DNA from: an uncultured Bdellovibrionales bacterium
GTDB taxonomy: Bacteria; Bdellovibrionota_C; UBA2361; SZUA-149; CAYOZL01
DNA length: 64,000 bases
Assembly: GCA_964408435.1 (NCBI GenBank)
Contig: CAYOZL010000002.1
Coordinates: 344-64,343 of the forward strand
Reading direction: 5' to 3'
In this document: one piece after another, positions 39,651 through 49,252 of the stretch
Layout: the number at the start of each line of letters is the position of its first letter
Position numbering within the stretch: position 1 is the stretch's first letter
Position numbers and translations under genes: made by a program
Notes under the pieces: model-generated
The model's database searches: none
What the model was told of the DNA's origin: nothing
What the model saw: the letters and a program-made list of their open reading frames with translations, nothing else

Positions 39651-40706
39651 TTATAAATCTTGTTCTTTCCCTTGGTAGAGTTTTCGTAGGGAATCTAAGT
39701 TTAATTTGCTATCTGTTGGTAACTCATTAAACGCTCTAACAGCTTGTTCTCGAACAGTTTTATCAGGGCAATTAAAAACAGACATAAGCACGGGTGCTAA
39801 TATGGCAGTTGCTCTGCTGACACTTCTATCTAGTTCAAGACCAAGCTCTACCCCGCCATTTGAGAAGGCTTCGATTAGATCGGTAATTGTTTTGAAACTA
39901 AGAGTAGTGTCTTCAAAATCAACTTCTTCTAGCTCTTGATCTATTAAGTTTAGAATGCCATCAAATGCAAAACCGATTACTTCAATTGCAGAGAGCTCTT
40001 TAGTTGAGGTAAGGAAAAGTTTTTTTCCTCTTCCAGCTGGTGCTGACCAACGTTCTAGCCTAGTACTGTTACTCCGTGTTCTTTTTATTTTTCCAAGTGA
40101 TTTTCTAAGTGCTGCTCCAAGCTCGTGAGCAGTAAGATTCTTTTCAATGACCTCACTTGCATATCTTTCCATTTCCTTCTCAGTTGGAAATTGAGCAATC
40201 CTATAGGCCATCGTCAACGGAATTTTACTTTCATCAATAAGGTGAAGTATATTTTTGGGTAGTTTCAATAAACGAACAGTTTTCTTTATTAAATCGATAC
40301 TGTAGGTTGGTAAACTTTCGTGAAGTTGTCTTGCTCCCCAACCTTTTTCAGTCATTACAGCCTGAAAGGATTCTGCACGTTCTGAGGCTAGAAGATCTTT
40401 CTTAGCGCCGTCTTCAACAAGCTGATCCATGATAATATCCACTCTACTCATGGTTACATCACTGACAATGCTTGGAGCTTTTTCCCAGCCAAGATGCTTC
40501 ATCGCTCTTAGTCTTATTTCGCCAGAGATTAAAATGAATCTGTCTCCATTTGGTCTGACTTTAATTCTTCTTTTCAGGTCGTTTTTTTCAATACTTCTTG
40601 CTCTTTTTTCAATGTCTTTCTCTGTGATGGTTTTTCGAGGTTGATTTGGATCGAAATCAATCAAAGCTATATCAATATCCATCATTTGATCTGGTTTTTT
40701 GGCCAC
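39651..40706 (-). CDS. ParB/Srx-like nuclease-domain protein with HTH (orphan, no ParA)
   Basis: IDIALIDFDPNQPRK...IKVRPNGDRFILISGEIRLRAMKHLG matches the ParB N-terminal box including GxxRxxA. An HTH follows, and the C-terminal region is helical. Confidence 0.7.
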   Translation of the reverse strand: MAKKPDQMMDIDIALIDFDPNQPRKTITEKDIEKRARSIEKNDLKRRIKVRPNGDRFILISGEIRLRAMKHLGWEKAPSIVSDVTMSRVDIIMDQLVEDGAKKDLLASERAESFQAVMTEKGWGARQLHESLPTYSIDLIKKTVRLLKLPKNILHLIDESKIPLTMAYRIAQFPTEKEMERYASEVIEKNLTAHELGAALRKSLGKIKRTRSNSTRLERWSAPAGRGKKLFLTSTKELSAIEVIGFAFDGILNLIDQELEEVDFEDTTLSFKTITDLIEAFSNGGVELGLELDRSVSRATAILAPVLMSVFNCPDKTVREQAVRAFNELPTDSKLNLDSLRKLYQGKEQDL

Positions 40707-41067
40707 GGTAAATCCCTTATAAAAACGCTATTGAGATTGTTAGTTATTTGGCAATAAATCGCCCCAAATAATTATAATAATTATCTAAGACAACTTATTA
40801 GTTTTATGGCTGATATTTAAATTATAAAGAACGAATAGATTGAGTTATATTTTCATAGAGTAGATTTTACTATAAAATAGTGATAAATTGCAAATCAGCT
40901 GAAATAATACCTAGAATTACTTATAAGTCGTTAAAATATAAGATTTAGAAATTATAACAGTAAGTTCTTTTATAATTATATAATTGTAGAACCTTATTTA
41001 ATGCGTGAAAAGAGATTTGAATTACTTTTCACGCTTTGACTGGTTATTGTTTTTTTTGAGGTTTGTC

Positions 41068-42174
41068 ATGGCAAGACTTAGATATACGATTAAGGATATG
41101 CAAAAAATTGCTACATCAAGAGGTGGTAAATGCTTATCAGATAGCTACGCAGGTCTAAAAACCAAACTTGAGTGGCAATGCGCAGATGGGCATCGTTGGA
41201 ATTCTACACCTCATAGCATTATTTATACTAAGTCATGGTGTTTAGCTTGTGCAGGAGTTAAGCCACTAACATTAGACGAGATGCAAAAGATTGCTAAATC
41301 TAGAGGTGGTAAGTGCTTATCTAAGGAGTATTTTAACAATAGAACTAAACTCGAATGGCAATGCGCAAATGGACATCGCTGGTTTGCTGCTCCTAAAGAT
41401 GTAAAAAAGGGAACATGGTGTTTTTATTGTTCCAGCACTAAATTAACAATTGAAGAAATGCAAGAAATTGCTAAATCAAGAGGTGGTAAGTGTTTGTCTA
41501 GAGATTACTTAGGAATTTTTACTAAACTAGAATGGGAATGCGCAAAAAAGCATCGTTGGCAAGCCCAACCTAATGACATTAGAAAGGGAGGATGGTGTCC
41601 TTATTGTAGTGGAAGACTATCTAGGACAATCGAAGAGTTTCAACTAATTGCTGAACTCGAAGGTGGCAAGTGCTTATCTACGGAATATGTAAAAGATTTG
41701 ATTCCTCTACGCTTTAGATGCTCGGAAGGTCATGAATGGGAAGCAATAGGAAGTAATATAAAAAAGGGAACATGGTGTCCTGTATGCTCTAATCGAAAGT
41801 ACTCAATTAGGGAGATGCAAGAGATAGCGGAGTCTCAAAACGGTAAGTGCTTGTCTAAAGGCGTCATTACTAGAAAAACAAGAGTGGAATTTCAGTGTAA
41901 GGAAAAACATGTTTTTAGAGCACTTCCTAGAGCTATTGAGTTCGGTATGTGGTGTCCTAAATGTTTTGGAGACAAGCTGTATACCATTGAAGGAATGAAA
42001 GAAATTGCAAAAATGAGAGGTGGAGACTGTTTATCTAAGGAATATTTAGGTGTTACGAAAAAGCTTAAATGGACTTGTGAATTTTCCCATACTTGGACTG
42101 CACTCCCTAATCCTATTAGAGATGGAGGATGGTGTCCTGTTTGTTTTGAGATTGCAAGAAAGAAACAGATTTAA
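41068..42174 (+). CDS. multi-zinc-ribbon repeat protein (6 tandem 60-aa modules), paralogue B
   Basis: It has the same repeat architecture as paralogue A and a homologous C-terminus (GGWCPxC). The preferred start is ATG 41068 (MARLRYTIKDMQKIA), preceded by GAGG. The GTG at 41005 used by the ORF track is less likely. Confidence 0.7.
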   Translation: MARLRYTIKDMQKIATSRGGKCLSDSYAGLKTKLEWQCADGHRWNSTPHSIIYTKSWCLACAGVKPLTLDEMQKIAKSRGGKCLSKEYFNNRTKLEWQCANGHRWFAAPKDVKKGTWCFYCSSTKLTIEEMQEIAKSRGGKCLSRDYLGIFTKLEWECAKKHRWQAQPNDIRKGGWCPYCSGRLSRTIEEFQLIAELEGGKCLSTEYVKDLIPLRFRCSEGHEWEAIGSNIKKGTWCPVCSNRKYSIREMQEIAESQNGKCLSKGVITRKTRVEFQCKEKHVFRALPRAIEFGMWCPKCFGDKLYTIEGMKEIAKMRGGDCLSKEYLGVTKKLKWTCEFSHTWTALPNPIRDGGWCPVCFEIARKKQI

Positions 42175-42233
42175 AAAAGGTTTGTCAGTCAAAGTAATTA
42201 CATAATTACTCAATTAAATCGATAAGCAAAAAA

Positions 42234-42307
42234 TGGTGATACTTAGACTTGAACTAAGGACCTCGGAATTATGAGTTCCGCGCTCTAACCAGCTGAGCTA
42301 TATCACC
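42234..42307 (-). tRNA. tRNA with CAU anticodon (elongator Met, or Ile2-lysidine type)
   Basis: The minus-strand sequence GGTGATATAGCTCAGCTGGTTAGAGCGCGGAACTCATAATTCCGAGGTCCTTAGTTCAAGTCTAAGTATCACCA folds into a cloverleaf. The acceptor stem is 7 bp, the anticodon stem-loop is CGGAA/CTCATAA/TTCCG, and the T-loop is TTCAAGT. The G1:C72 pair argues against an initiator. Confidence 0.85.
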
Positions 42308-42467
42308 CTAGGATTTGCTTTGTTTTTGAGGTGAGAATCTACTTATTCTTTCCAATTTTAGCAATACTAATAGCATTAAATACATATAAATAAGCTTGTA
42401 TTATATATCTTGAGTCAAGAGTAAGTAGGTATGATTTGTTTGTTTTTCAGGTTTTTGAAGCTAATAA

Positions 42468-42497
42468 TAAAAAAAAAGAGATTAAGTATCTCTTTTT
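42468..42497 (-). terminator. rho-independent terminator (bidirectional hairpin) downstream of the phosphatase gene
   Basis: Stem AAGAGAT/ATCTCTT with loop TAAGT. On the minus strand the hairpin is followed by T9; on the plus strand it is followed by TTTTATTTT. Confidence 0.5.
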
Positions 42498-42599
42498 ATT
42501 TTATTATTAGCGTAAACCTCGGAAAAATCGTTCTAAACGATTTTGAGAATGAAGAAAAACAAACACATCATACCTACGTTTTATTTATCTATCAAGAAT

Positions 42600-43337
42600 C
42601 TAAGAAAGCTTTAAAACCTTACTCTCTACCTCTTTTGCATCCCTCTTAACCTGCAACACTCTACCAAATGTCAATTCAACACAGGTAAGCTTATTACCAA
42701 AAACTAATCCGGTATCAATTCCTATCTTATAAGGTGGATGTTCAAATACTTCTTGATGTGGAGTGTGGCCAAATACAACTGTCTTTTCAAAAGCATGAAT
42801 ATTATTTAAAAATTCATCTCTAATCCAAAAAATCTCATCGTCTTGCTGTTTCTCGATATCTTTTAAAGGATTAAGGCCTGCATGAACACATAAAAACTTA
42901 TCGACTATGACTGCAGATTCTAATTCACAGAAAAATTTAAAATGTTCTTTAGGTAAAGCCTGCGCCATTTCATTTGATGGAGAAAATACTGAAATGCCAT
43001 AACTCTGTATTGTCTCTAGACCACCATTGTATAAAAAAGCTTGTCCTAAGTTTCCACCGAAACCTAAGAAATCAAGCATCATATCTTCATGATTACCTTT
43101 TAAAAATCTTGTATTTGGAAATTTATGTTTAAAATCTAATATTATTTCTATTACAGCTTTAGAGTCTGGCCCTCTATCTATGTAGTCTCCTAAAAAGACA
43201 ACTACATCTTCTTGAGTTAAGCCTTCTTTTTCTTCTAAGTACCTAAGCAGTATTTCAGGCTCTTTAGGGCAACCGTGAATATCACCTATTACATAGATTC
43301 TATCACCCGATGCTTCTGATATAGTAGAATTTGCCAA
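42600..43337 (-). CDS. PPP-family metallophosphoesterase (Ser/Thr phosphatase / ApaH-like)
   Basis: The motifs GDIHGC, GDYIDRG and GNHE are characteristic of calcineurin-like phosphoesterases. Confidence 0.8.
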   Translation of the reverse strand: MANSTISEASGDRIYVIGDIHGCPKEPEILLRYLEEKEGLTQEDVVVFLGDYIDRGPDSKAVIEIILDFKHKFPNTRFLKGNHEDMMLDFLGFGGNLGQAFLYNGGLETIQSYGISVFSPSNEMAQALPKEHFKFFCELESAVIVDKFLCVHAGLNPLKDIEKQQDDEIFWIRDEFLNNIHAFEKTVVFGHTPHQEVFEHPPYKIGIDTGLVFGNKLTCVELTFGRVLQVKRDAKEVESKVLKLS

Positions 43338-43401
43338 TTTGTTTCCTTCCCTTCGTAACCGTTATTTTTACAACAACCAAACTGCAATACTACTGTCGAC
43401 A

Positions 43402-44109
43402 TTACACACTACCGAACTTTAAGGTATTTTCACAAAGTTTATTAACTAGTATTTCTAGAGACTTACAATTATTATCTAGTTCCTTAACTGAGGTAACAGT
43501 CGTATTCTTGTCTCCGCAAACATCAAATTCAATAAATGGCTCCGTAGAACAATTCAAATTCAAAGAAAAACCATGGTTAGTTACATTCTTATTAATTTTT
43601 AAACCAACTGAAGCTATTTTATTACTTTTTATATTACTGCCTTCAACCCAAAGCCCTGCTGGGTTCAATCGACAATTAGCTTCAATATTAAATTCTTTTA
43701 AAGTTCCAGATATAACTTCAAGATAATTTTTAATAAAAGATTTAACACTTTTAATTTTAACAACAGGATAGATAATCAATTGACCAGGAGCATGAAAAGT
43801 TATCTCTCCACCTCTGTTAGTCTTAACTACTTCAACTCCTAGCTCTGTCCATTGATCAAAGAAACTATTTTGAAAATCGCTATCTGCTATCCTGTTACCT
43901 AAACTTAAAGTTGGAGGATGTTCTGTAAAAATAAATGTATTATTTATTTTGTCTTTAATTCTTTTCTCAACTAAATTATTTTGTATTTTTCTAACTTCTT
44001 TAAATGATCTTTTACCTAGAATTAGAATGTCTTCATTCTCTGAATTAACTTCAGTCCAATTAATCCCTTTAGAATCAAAAGCATTTAAAACATTATTCTT
44101 ATTTAACAT
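43402..44109 (-). CDS. lipB: octanoyltransferase (lipoyl(octanoyl) transferase)
   Basis: RGGEITFHAPGQLIIY resembles the LipB active-site region (RGGxVTYHGPGQ). The protein is 235 aa. Confidence 0.75.
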   Translation of the reverse strand: MLNKNNVLNAFDSKGINWTEVNSENEDILILGKRSFKEVRKIQNNLVEKRIKDKINNTFIFTEHPPTLSLGNRIADSDFQNSFFDQWTELGVEVVKTNRGGEITFHAPGQLIIYPVVKIKSVKSFIKNYLEVISGTLKEFNIEANCRLNPAGLWVEGSNIKSNKIASVGLKINKNVTNHGFSLNLNCSTEPFIEFDVCGDKNTTVTSVKELDNNCKSLEILVNKLCENTLKFGSV

Positions 44110-44133
44110 TTTTTACTGTATTTTTTTTCAGTA

Positions 44134-45948
44134 TTATTTTTCAAGTTTTAAAGCAGCTAAAAAGGCTTCTTGAGGTATTCTAACAGAACCAACTTGTTTC
44201 ATTCTCTTCTTACCTTTCTTTTGTTTTTCAAGAAGTTTTCTCTTTCTTGTGATGTCTCCACCATAACACTTAGCAGTTACGTTTTTTCTCATTGCCCTAA
44301 CTGTGCACCTAGCTACAATTTTACCACCAATAGCTGCCTGAATAGCAATCTCGAACATATGAGGGTCAATTAATTCCTTCATTTTCTCGGCTAATTTTTT
44401 ACCGTAGCTATGAGCAAAATTTCTATGCACAATTGCACTTAGAGCATCTACATTATCTCCATTTATCTTTAAATCTAATTTAATTAAATCAGATTCCTGA
44501 TAACCATTAAATTCATAATCAAAAGATGCATAGCCTTTAGAAATGCTTTTAAGCTTGTCATAAAAATCAATTACTATTTCATTAAGCGGCAAATCATAAC
44601 AAATCGTAACTCTTGAACCGCTATGAAAATCCATAGACTTTTGTGTTCCACGTTTTTCTTCACATAATGAAAGAATTGCTCCTACGTGATCTTGGGTAGT
44701 ATGAATTGTGCCTGTTACTAATGGTTCATTAATAGATTCTATTGTTGCTGGATCTGGAAATTTTGCTGGGTTATCTACTTCAACTTCGCTACCATTCTTT
44801 AATTCTATTTTATAAACGATCGTAGGAGCGGTTGTAACTAGATCGATATTGAATTCCCTCTCAAGTCTTTCTTGTACTATCTCCATATGAAGTAGCCCCA
44901 GATAGCCACATCTAAAGCCAAATCCTAAAGCTGCACTTGTTTCTGCTTCAAACCAAAGTGCTGCATCATTTAATTTTAACTTTTCTAAGGCTTCTCTAAG
45001 GCTTTGAAAGTCATCTGCATCAGTAGGATATAGGCCAGAGAAAACAAAAGGCTTAACATCTTCAAAACCAGGCAAGGCTTGCTCAGCCCCTTTGTTAAAA
45101 GTAGTTATAGTGTCTCCTACTTTTGCATCTTCAAGTTTTTTAATACTTGCAGCAACATATCCAACTTCTCCTGCTTTTAGTTCTTTTACTTTTTGTGGGA
45201 AAGGATTTGAAATACCAAGCTCAACAACATCGTGGCTTGCTTTAGTTTGTAAGAATTTAATCTTATCTCTTTTAGTTAATTTTCCTTCAACTACTCTTAT
45301 TTGGCTTATTACTCCTTGATAGGTATCAAACCAACTATCAAAAACTAAAGCTTTAAGAGGTTTGTCAGTATCTCCTGTAGGTGCAGGTATTCTTTTAACA
45401 ATTTCTTCTAATAAATCATCTACTCCCTCACCTGTTTTTCCAGAGACCATAATTGCATCACTCGCATCAATTCCAATTATTTCTTCTATTTCAGCTTTAG
45501 CTTGTTCTACATCTGAAGTGGGTAGATCGATTTTATTTAAAACAGGAATGATTTCTACATCTCCCTCTATTGCTGTGTAAACATGAGCGACTGTTTGAGC
45601 TTGAACACCTTGAGAAGCATCAACTACTAGCAGAGCTCCTTCACAAGCTTGTAAACTACGAGAAACCTCGTAATGAAAATCAACGTGTCCTGGTGTATCG
45701 ATTAAATTAAACTGATACTCATTACCATCTTTGGCTTTATAACTAAGTCTAACAGAGCGAGATTTAACTGTAATACCCCTTTCACGCTCAATGTCCATAT
45801 CATCAAGAAGTTGTTCTTTCTTCTCTCTAACAGTAACAGCTTTTGTTATATCTAAGATTCTATCCGCAAGCGTAGATTTCCCGTGGTCAATATGGGCAAT
45901 TATAGAAAAATTTCTAATGTTTTTTTGATCTACCTCAGATTCACTCAC
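44134..45948 (-). CDS. lepA: elongation factor 4 (LepA)
   Basis: [22 protein letters not shown], the GTPase domain, and the LepA-specific C-terminal domain. Confidence 0.95.
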   Translation of the reverse strand: MSESEVDQKNIRNFSIIAHIDHGKSTLADRILDITKAVTVREKKEQLLDDMDIERERGITVKSRSVRLSYKAKDGNEYQFNLIDTPGHVDFHYEVSRSLQACEGALLVVDASQGVQAQTVAHVYTAIEGDVEIIPVLNKIDLPTSDVEQAKAEIEEIIGIDASDAIMVSGKTGEGVDDLLEEIVKRIPAPTGDTDKPLKALVFDSWFDTYQGVISQIRVVEGKLTKRDKIKFLQTKASHDVVELGISNPFPQKVKELKAGEVGYVAASIKKLEDAKVGDTITTFNKGAEQALPGFEDVKPFVFSGLYPTDADDFQSLREALEKLKLNDAALWFEAETSAALGFGFRCGYLGLLHMEIVQERLEREFNIDLVTTAPTIVYKIELKNGSEVEVDNPAKFPDPATIESINEPLVTGTIHTTQDHVGAILSLCEEKRGTQKSMDFHSGSRVTICYDLPLNEIVIDFYDKLKSISKGYASFDYEFNGYQESDLIKLDLKINGDNVDALSAIVHRNFAHSYGKKLAEKMKELIDPHMFEIAIQAAIGGKIVARCTVRAMRKNVTAKCYGGDITRKRKLLEKQKKGKKRMKQVGSVRIPQEAFLAALKLEK

Positions 45949-45963
45949 GTTATCTTGCTCACT

Positions 45964-46896
45964 TTATAGATAACTATCTAAAGTAGATTTTAATCCTGTT
46001 TTTAAATCATATTGAGGATTCCAAGCTAACTCATTTTTTAACTTTCCTGAGTCTATAACACTTCTCATCTGCTCACCTGGTAAAGCATCTTTGTATTCTA
46101 TTTTAACATCTTTTTGCCACAGTTCTTTTAAATTCTTAGCGATTTGATTTACTGAATTTTCAACCCCTAAACCTACATTAAATAATTCAAAGCTACCTGC
46201 TCTAAATTCTTTTTTAGAAGCTAATAAACAAGCATTAACAACATCTAATACATGAACAAAATCTCTAGTTTGCTCACCACTGCCGTAAATAGTTAGAGGT
46301 TTATCATCTATTAGTTTTTCACAAAATATTGCTACTACTCCAGCTTCACCTTTAGGGTTTTGTCTTGGGCCATAAACATTCGAAAAGCGTAAAGAAACGT
46401 TATGCATACCGTATTCCCTTGCATAAAAATCTAAGTATAACTCAGCTGCTTTTTTACTCTGACCGTATGGAGATTTTGGAGCATTAACATGAGTCTCATC
46501 TGCAGGAAAACTTTCTTGTTCACCGTATATCGCTCCTCCAGTAGATGAAAAAACTATTTTTTTACATCCTGAGCTTTTGCAAGCTTCAAGTACTGAAACC
46601 GTACCTTCTACATTTACCTTTGCATCAAACATAGGATCTTCAACGCTCTTTCGAACATTCATTTGAGCTGCTAAATGAAAAACAACATCAGGTTTAAAAT
46701 TTTTAAATATTTCTACTAAATTCTTATCACAGATATCTATCTTTTCGATTTGTATCTTGTTCTTAACAGATTCTAGGTTTTTCTCTTGACCACTTGAAAA
46801 ATTATCAATTACTAGTACTTCGTAAGTATTTTTAACTAGTGCATCAACTACATGAGAGCCAATAAATCCTGCACCACCTGTAACGACTGCTTTCAT
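45964..46896 (-). CDS. NAD-dependent nucleotide-sugar epimerase/dehydratase (GalE/WcaG-like SDR)
   Basis: GGAGFIGSH Rossmann motif and a YxxxK SDR active site. Confidence 0.8.
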   Translation of the reverse strand: MKAVVTGGAGFIGSHVVDALVKNTYEVLVIDNFSSGQEKNLESVKNKIQIEKIDICDKNLVEIFKNFKPDVVFHLAAQMNVRKSVEDPMFDAKVNVEGTVSVLEACKSSGCKKIVFSSTGGAIYGEQESFPADETHVNAPKSPYGQSKKAAELYLDFYAREYGMHNVSLRFSNVYGPRQNPKGEAGVVAIFCEKLIDDKPLTIYGSGEQTRDFVHVLDVVNACLLASKKEFRAGSFELFNVGLGVENSVNQIAKNLKELWQKDVKIEYKDALPGEQMRSVIDSGKLKNELAWNPQYDLKTGLKSTLDSYL

Positions 46897-46917
46897 TTTA
46901 TCCTCTTCATAAATAGT

Positions 46918-47847
46918 TTATAGCCTAGAACTAAATTCCTTAATTGTTCTATTCAACCCTTCTTCAAAACTAATTTCAGGTTCCCAGTTTAGTTTTTCTT
47001 TTGCAAGACTAATATCTGGTTTTCTTCTAGTTGGATCATCTTGAGGAAGTGGTTTGTTTATTATTTCCGAACTTGAACCAGTTAATTCTAGAACTTTTTT
47101 TGCAAGTTCCATTACTGTAACTTCGTGTGGGTTACCTAAATTTACTGGGCCAGTAAAATCTTCACTATCCATCATTTTTAAGATTCCATTTACTAAATCA
47201 TCAACATAGCAAAAAGACCTAGTTTGTTCTCCATTTCCATAAACTGTAATTGGTTCAGATTTTAAAGCCTGAACAATAAAGTTAGAAACAACTCTACCAT
47301 CATTAAAAAGCATACGAGGTCCAAAAGTATTAAAAATTCTTATTACTTTTACATCCACTCCATTTTGTCTATTGTAATCCATAGTTAGTGTCTCAGCGAC
47401 TCTCTTACCTTCATCATAGCAACTTCTAATACCAATTGGATTTACATTTCCCCAGTAGCTTTCTGTTTGGGGATGCTCTAATGGATTTCCGTAAACTTCA
47501 GAAGTTGAAGCTAACATTATTCTAGCGCCAACTCTTTTTGCTAAACCAAGCATATTAATAGTGCCCATCACATTTGTTTTAATGGTTTTTACAGGATTAT
47601 ATTGATAATGAACCGGGGAAGCAGGACAAGCAAAATGAAAGATTTTATCAACTTCTAAAAGTATAGGCTCAGTTACATCGTGCCTAATAAACTCGTAGTT
47701 TGGGTTAGAGGCATGCAATTTTACATTTTCAAGTCTGCCAGTAAAAAGATTATCAAGGCATATAACTTCATTGCCTGCATCTAATAGCTTTTGGCATAAA
47801 TGAGACCCAATAAAACCTGCTCCACCTGTAACTAGTATTCTTGCCAT
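46918..47847 (-). CDS. UDP-glucuronate decarboxylase (UDP-xylose synthase-like SDR)
   Basis: [34 protein letters not shown]...[11 protein letters not shown] is typical of the UXS/ArnA-C-terminal family. The gene is adjacent to ugd. Confidence 0.8.
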   Translation of the reverse strand: MARILVTGGAGFIGSHLCQKLLDAGNEVICLDNLFTGRLENVKLHASNPNYEFIRHDVTEPILLEVDKIFHFACPASPVHYQYNPVKTIKTNVMGTINMLGLAKRVGARIMLASTSEVYGNPLEHPQTESYWGNVNPIGIRSCYDEGKRVAETLTMDYNRQNGVDVKVIRIFNTFGPRMLFNDGRVVSNFIVQALKSEPITVYGNGEQTRSFCYVDDLVNGILKMMDSEDFTGPVNLGNPHEVTVMELAKKVLELTGSSSEIINKPLPQDDPTRRKPDISLAKEKLNWEPEISFEEGLNRTIKEFSSRL

Positions 47848-47859
47848 TTCTATTTTCCG

Positions 47860-49227
47860 TTAAGCTCTATTTGCTACAGTTTTATGCAAACCTGAGCTAA
47901 GTATAGCCTTTGGTGATACTGCAGGCCTACCAATTGAATAATAAGTAAAACCTAATCTTCTCATTTTAGATGGATCAAAAAGATTTCTTCCATCAAAAAC
48001 AACAGGCTCTTTTAAACTTTCTGCAAGCTTTCCAAAATTTGGTCTTCTAAACTCATTCCACTCAGTAACAATTAGTAAAGCATCTGCTTGTTGAATCGCA
48101 TCAAAGCTATTTTCTATAAACTCTATATTATCACTATTATCTTTAAATATATCTTTTGCTACCTCTATTGCTTCAGGATCGTATGCTCTAACTTTAGCAC
48201 CTTTGCTTATTAATTCATTGATAATATCAATACTTGGAGCTTCTCTCATGTCATCAGTATTTGGCTTAAAAGCAAGACCCCATATCGCAAATGTTTTTCC
48301 TTTAATATCTCCGAAATGTTCAATTACCTTTTTAACTAATCTTTTCTTTTGCTTGTTATTAACTGAGTCTACAGCTTTAACAATTTCAAAATCAACATCA
48401 TGTTCACCAGCAGTTCTTACTAAAGCTCTAATATCTTTAGGAAAACAAGAACCACCATAACCAACACCAGGAAATAAAAAGTTAGGCCCAATTCTAGAAT
48501 CAGTACCAATTCCTAGTCGAACTTGAGAAACATCTGCCTCAACTTCTTCACAAAGATTAGCAATCTCATTCATAAAAGTTACTTTTGTAGCTAACAAAGC
48601 ATTAGCTGCATATTTAGTAACCTCAGCACTTTTATTATTCATTACTAATATTGGATTATTAGTTCTAACAAATGGAGAGTATAGTTCTCTCATTACTTCA
48701 GCTGCTTCAACACTGTTAGTTCCAATAACTACTCTATCTGGCTTCATAAAATCTTCTATCGCTGAGCCTTCTTTTAAAAATTCTGGATTTGAAACTACAT
48801 CAAAAGGCATACTTGTATGTTTTGAAATTTCATTAGCTACAAGCTTTGCAGTTCCAACTGGAACTGTTGATTTGTTAACTATTATTTTAGGACCATTCAT
48901 TTCTTTACCAATAGTTTCTGCTACTGCAAGAACAAATTTCAAATCAGCTGATCCGTCTTTATCTTGTGGAGTTCCTACTGCAATAAAAATAACTTCAGAA
49001 CCTTTAATGCATTCAACAACATTTGTTGTAAATTGAATCCTACCGGCTTTAGCATTATTCTCAATTAGCCTATCTAAACCTGGCTCATAGATTGGAACTT
49101 CACCCCTATTAAGCATATCAATTTTTTCTTGATTGATATCTGCACAAATCACATCGTTTCCACTTTCAGCAAAACATGCCCCTGCAACTAAACCAACATA
49201 ACCTGAGCCAACTACTCCAACGTTCAT
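47860..49227 (-). CDS. ugd: UDP-glucose 6-dehydrogenase
   Basis: VGSGYVGLV Rossmann motif and the catalytic cysteine region GGSCFPKD. Confidence 0.9.
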   Translation of the reverse strand: MNVGVVGSGYVGLVAGACFAESGNDVICADINQEKIDMLNRGEVPIYEPGLDRLIENNAKAGRIQFTTNVVECIKGSEVIFIAVGTPQDKDGSADLKFVLAVAETIGKEMNGPKIIVNKSTVPVGTAKLVANEISKHTSMPFDVVSNPEFLKEGSAIEDFMKPDRVVIGTNSVEAAEVMRELYSPFVRTNNPILVMNNKSAEVTKYAANALLATKVTFMNEIANLCEEVEADVSQVRLGIGTDSRIGPNFLFPGVGYGGSCFPKDIRALVRTAGEHDVDFEIVKAVDSVNNKQKKRLVKKVIEHFGDIKGKTFAIWGLAFKPNTDDMREAPSIDIINELISKGAKVRAYDPEAIEVAKDIFKDNSDNIEFIENSFDAIQQADALLIVTEWNEFRRPNFGKLAESLKEPVVFDGRNLFDPSKMRRLGFTYYSIGRPAVSPKAILSSGLHKTVANRA

Positions 49228-49252
49228 ATTTTATTCCTTAATAGTCTTTGCT

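Larger units (their letters stand above)
37806..42276. mobile_element. tRNA-associated genomic islet bounded by 43-bp direct repeats; putative degenerate integrative element, no integrase present
   Basis: The repeats are perfect and duplicate the tRNA from the anticodon loop to the discriminator. The interior is GC-richer (~38%) than its surroundings (~29%). It contains a ParB-like gene and two paralogous zinc-ribbon repeat genes. Confidence 0.65.

Noticed and set aside
37806-42276. Integrase or recombinase gene expected for a tRNA-integrated element
   Set aside because: I examined all six frames inside the islet and within about 5 kb on either side. No tyrosine or serine recombinase motifs were found. 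The element is therefore reported as integrase-less and not assigned to a known ICE or prophage class.
42308-42467. Possible second att copy or prophage remnant on the other side of the tRNA
   Set aside because: There is no further copy of the 43-bp repeat and no coding potential. The region contains only the phosphatase-gene terminator.
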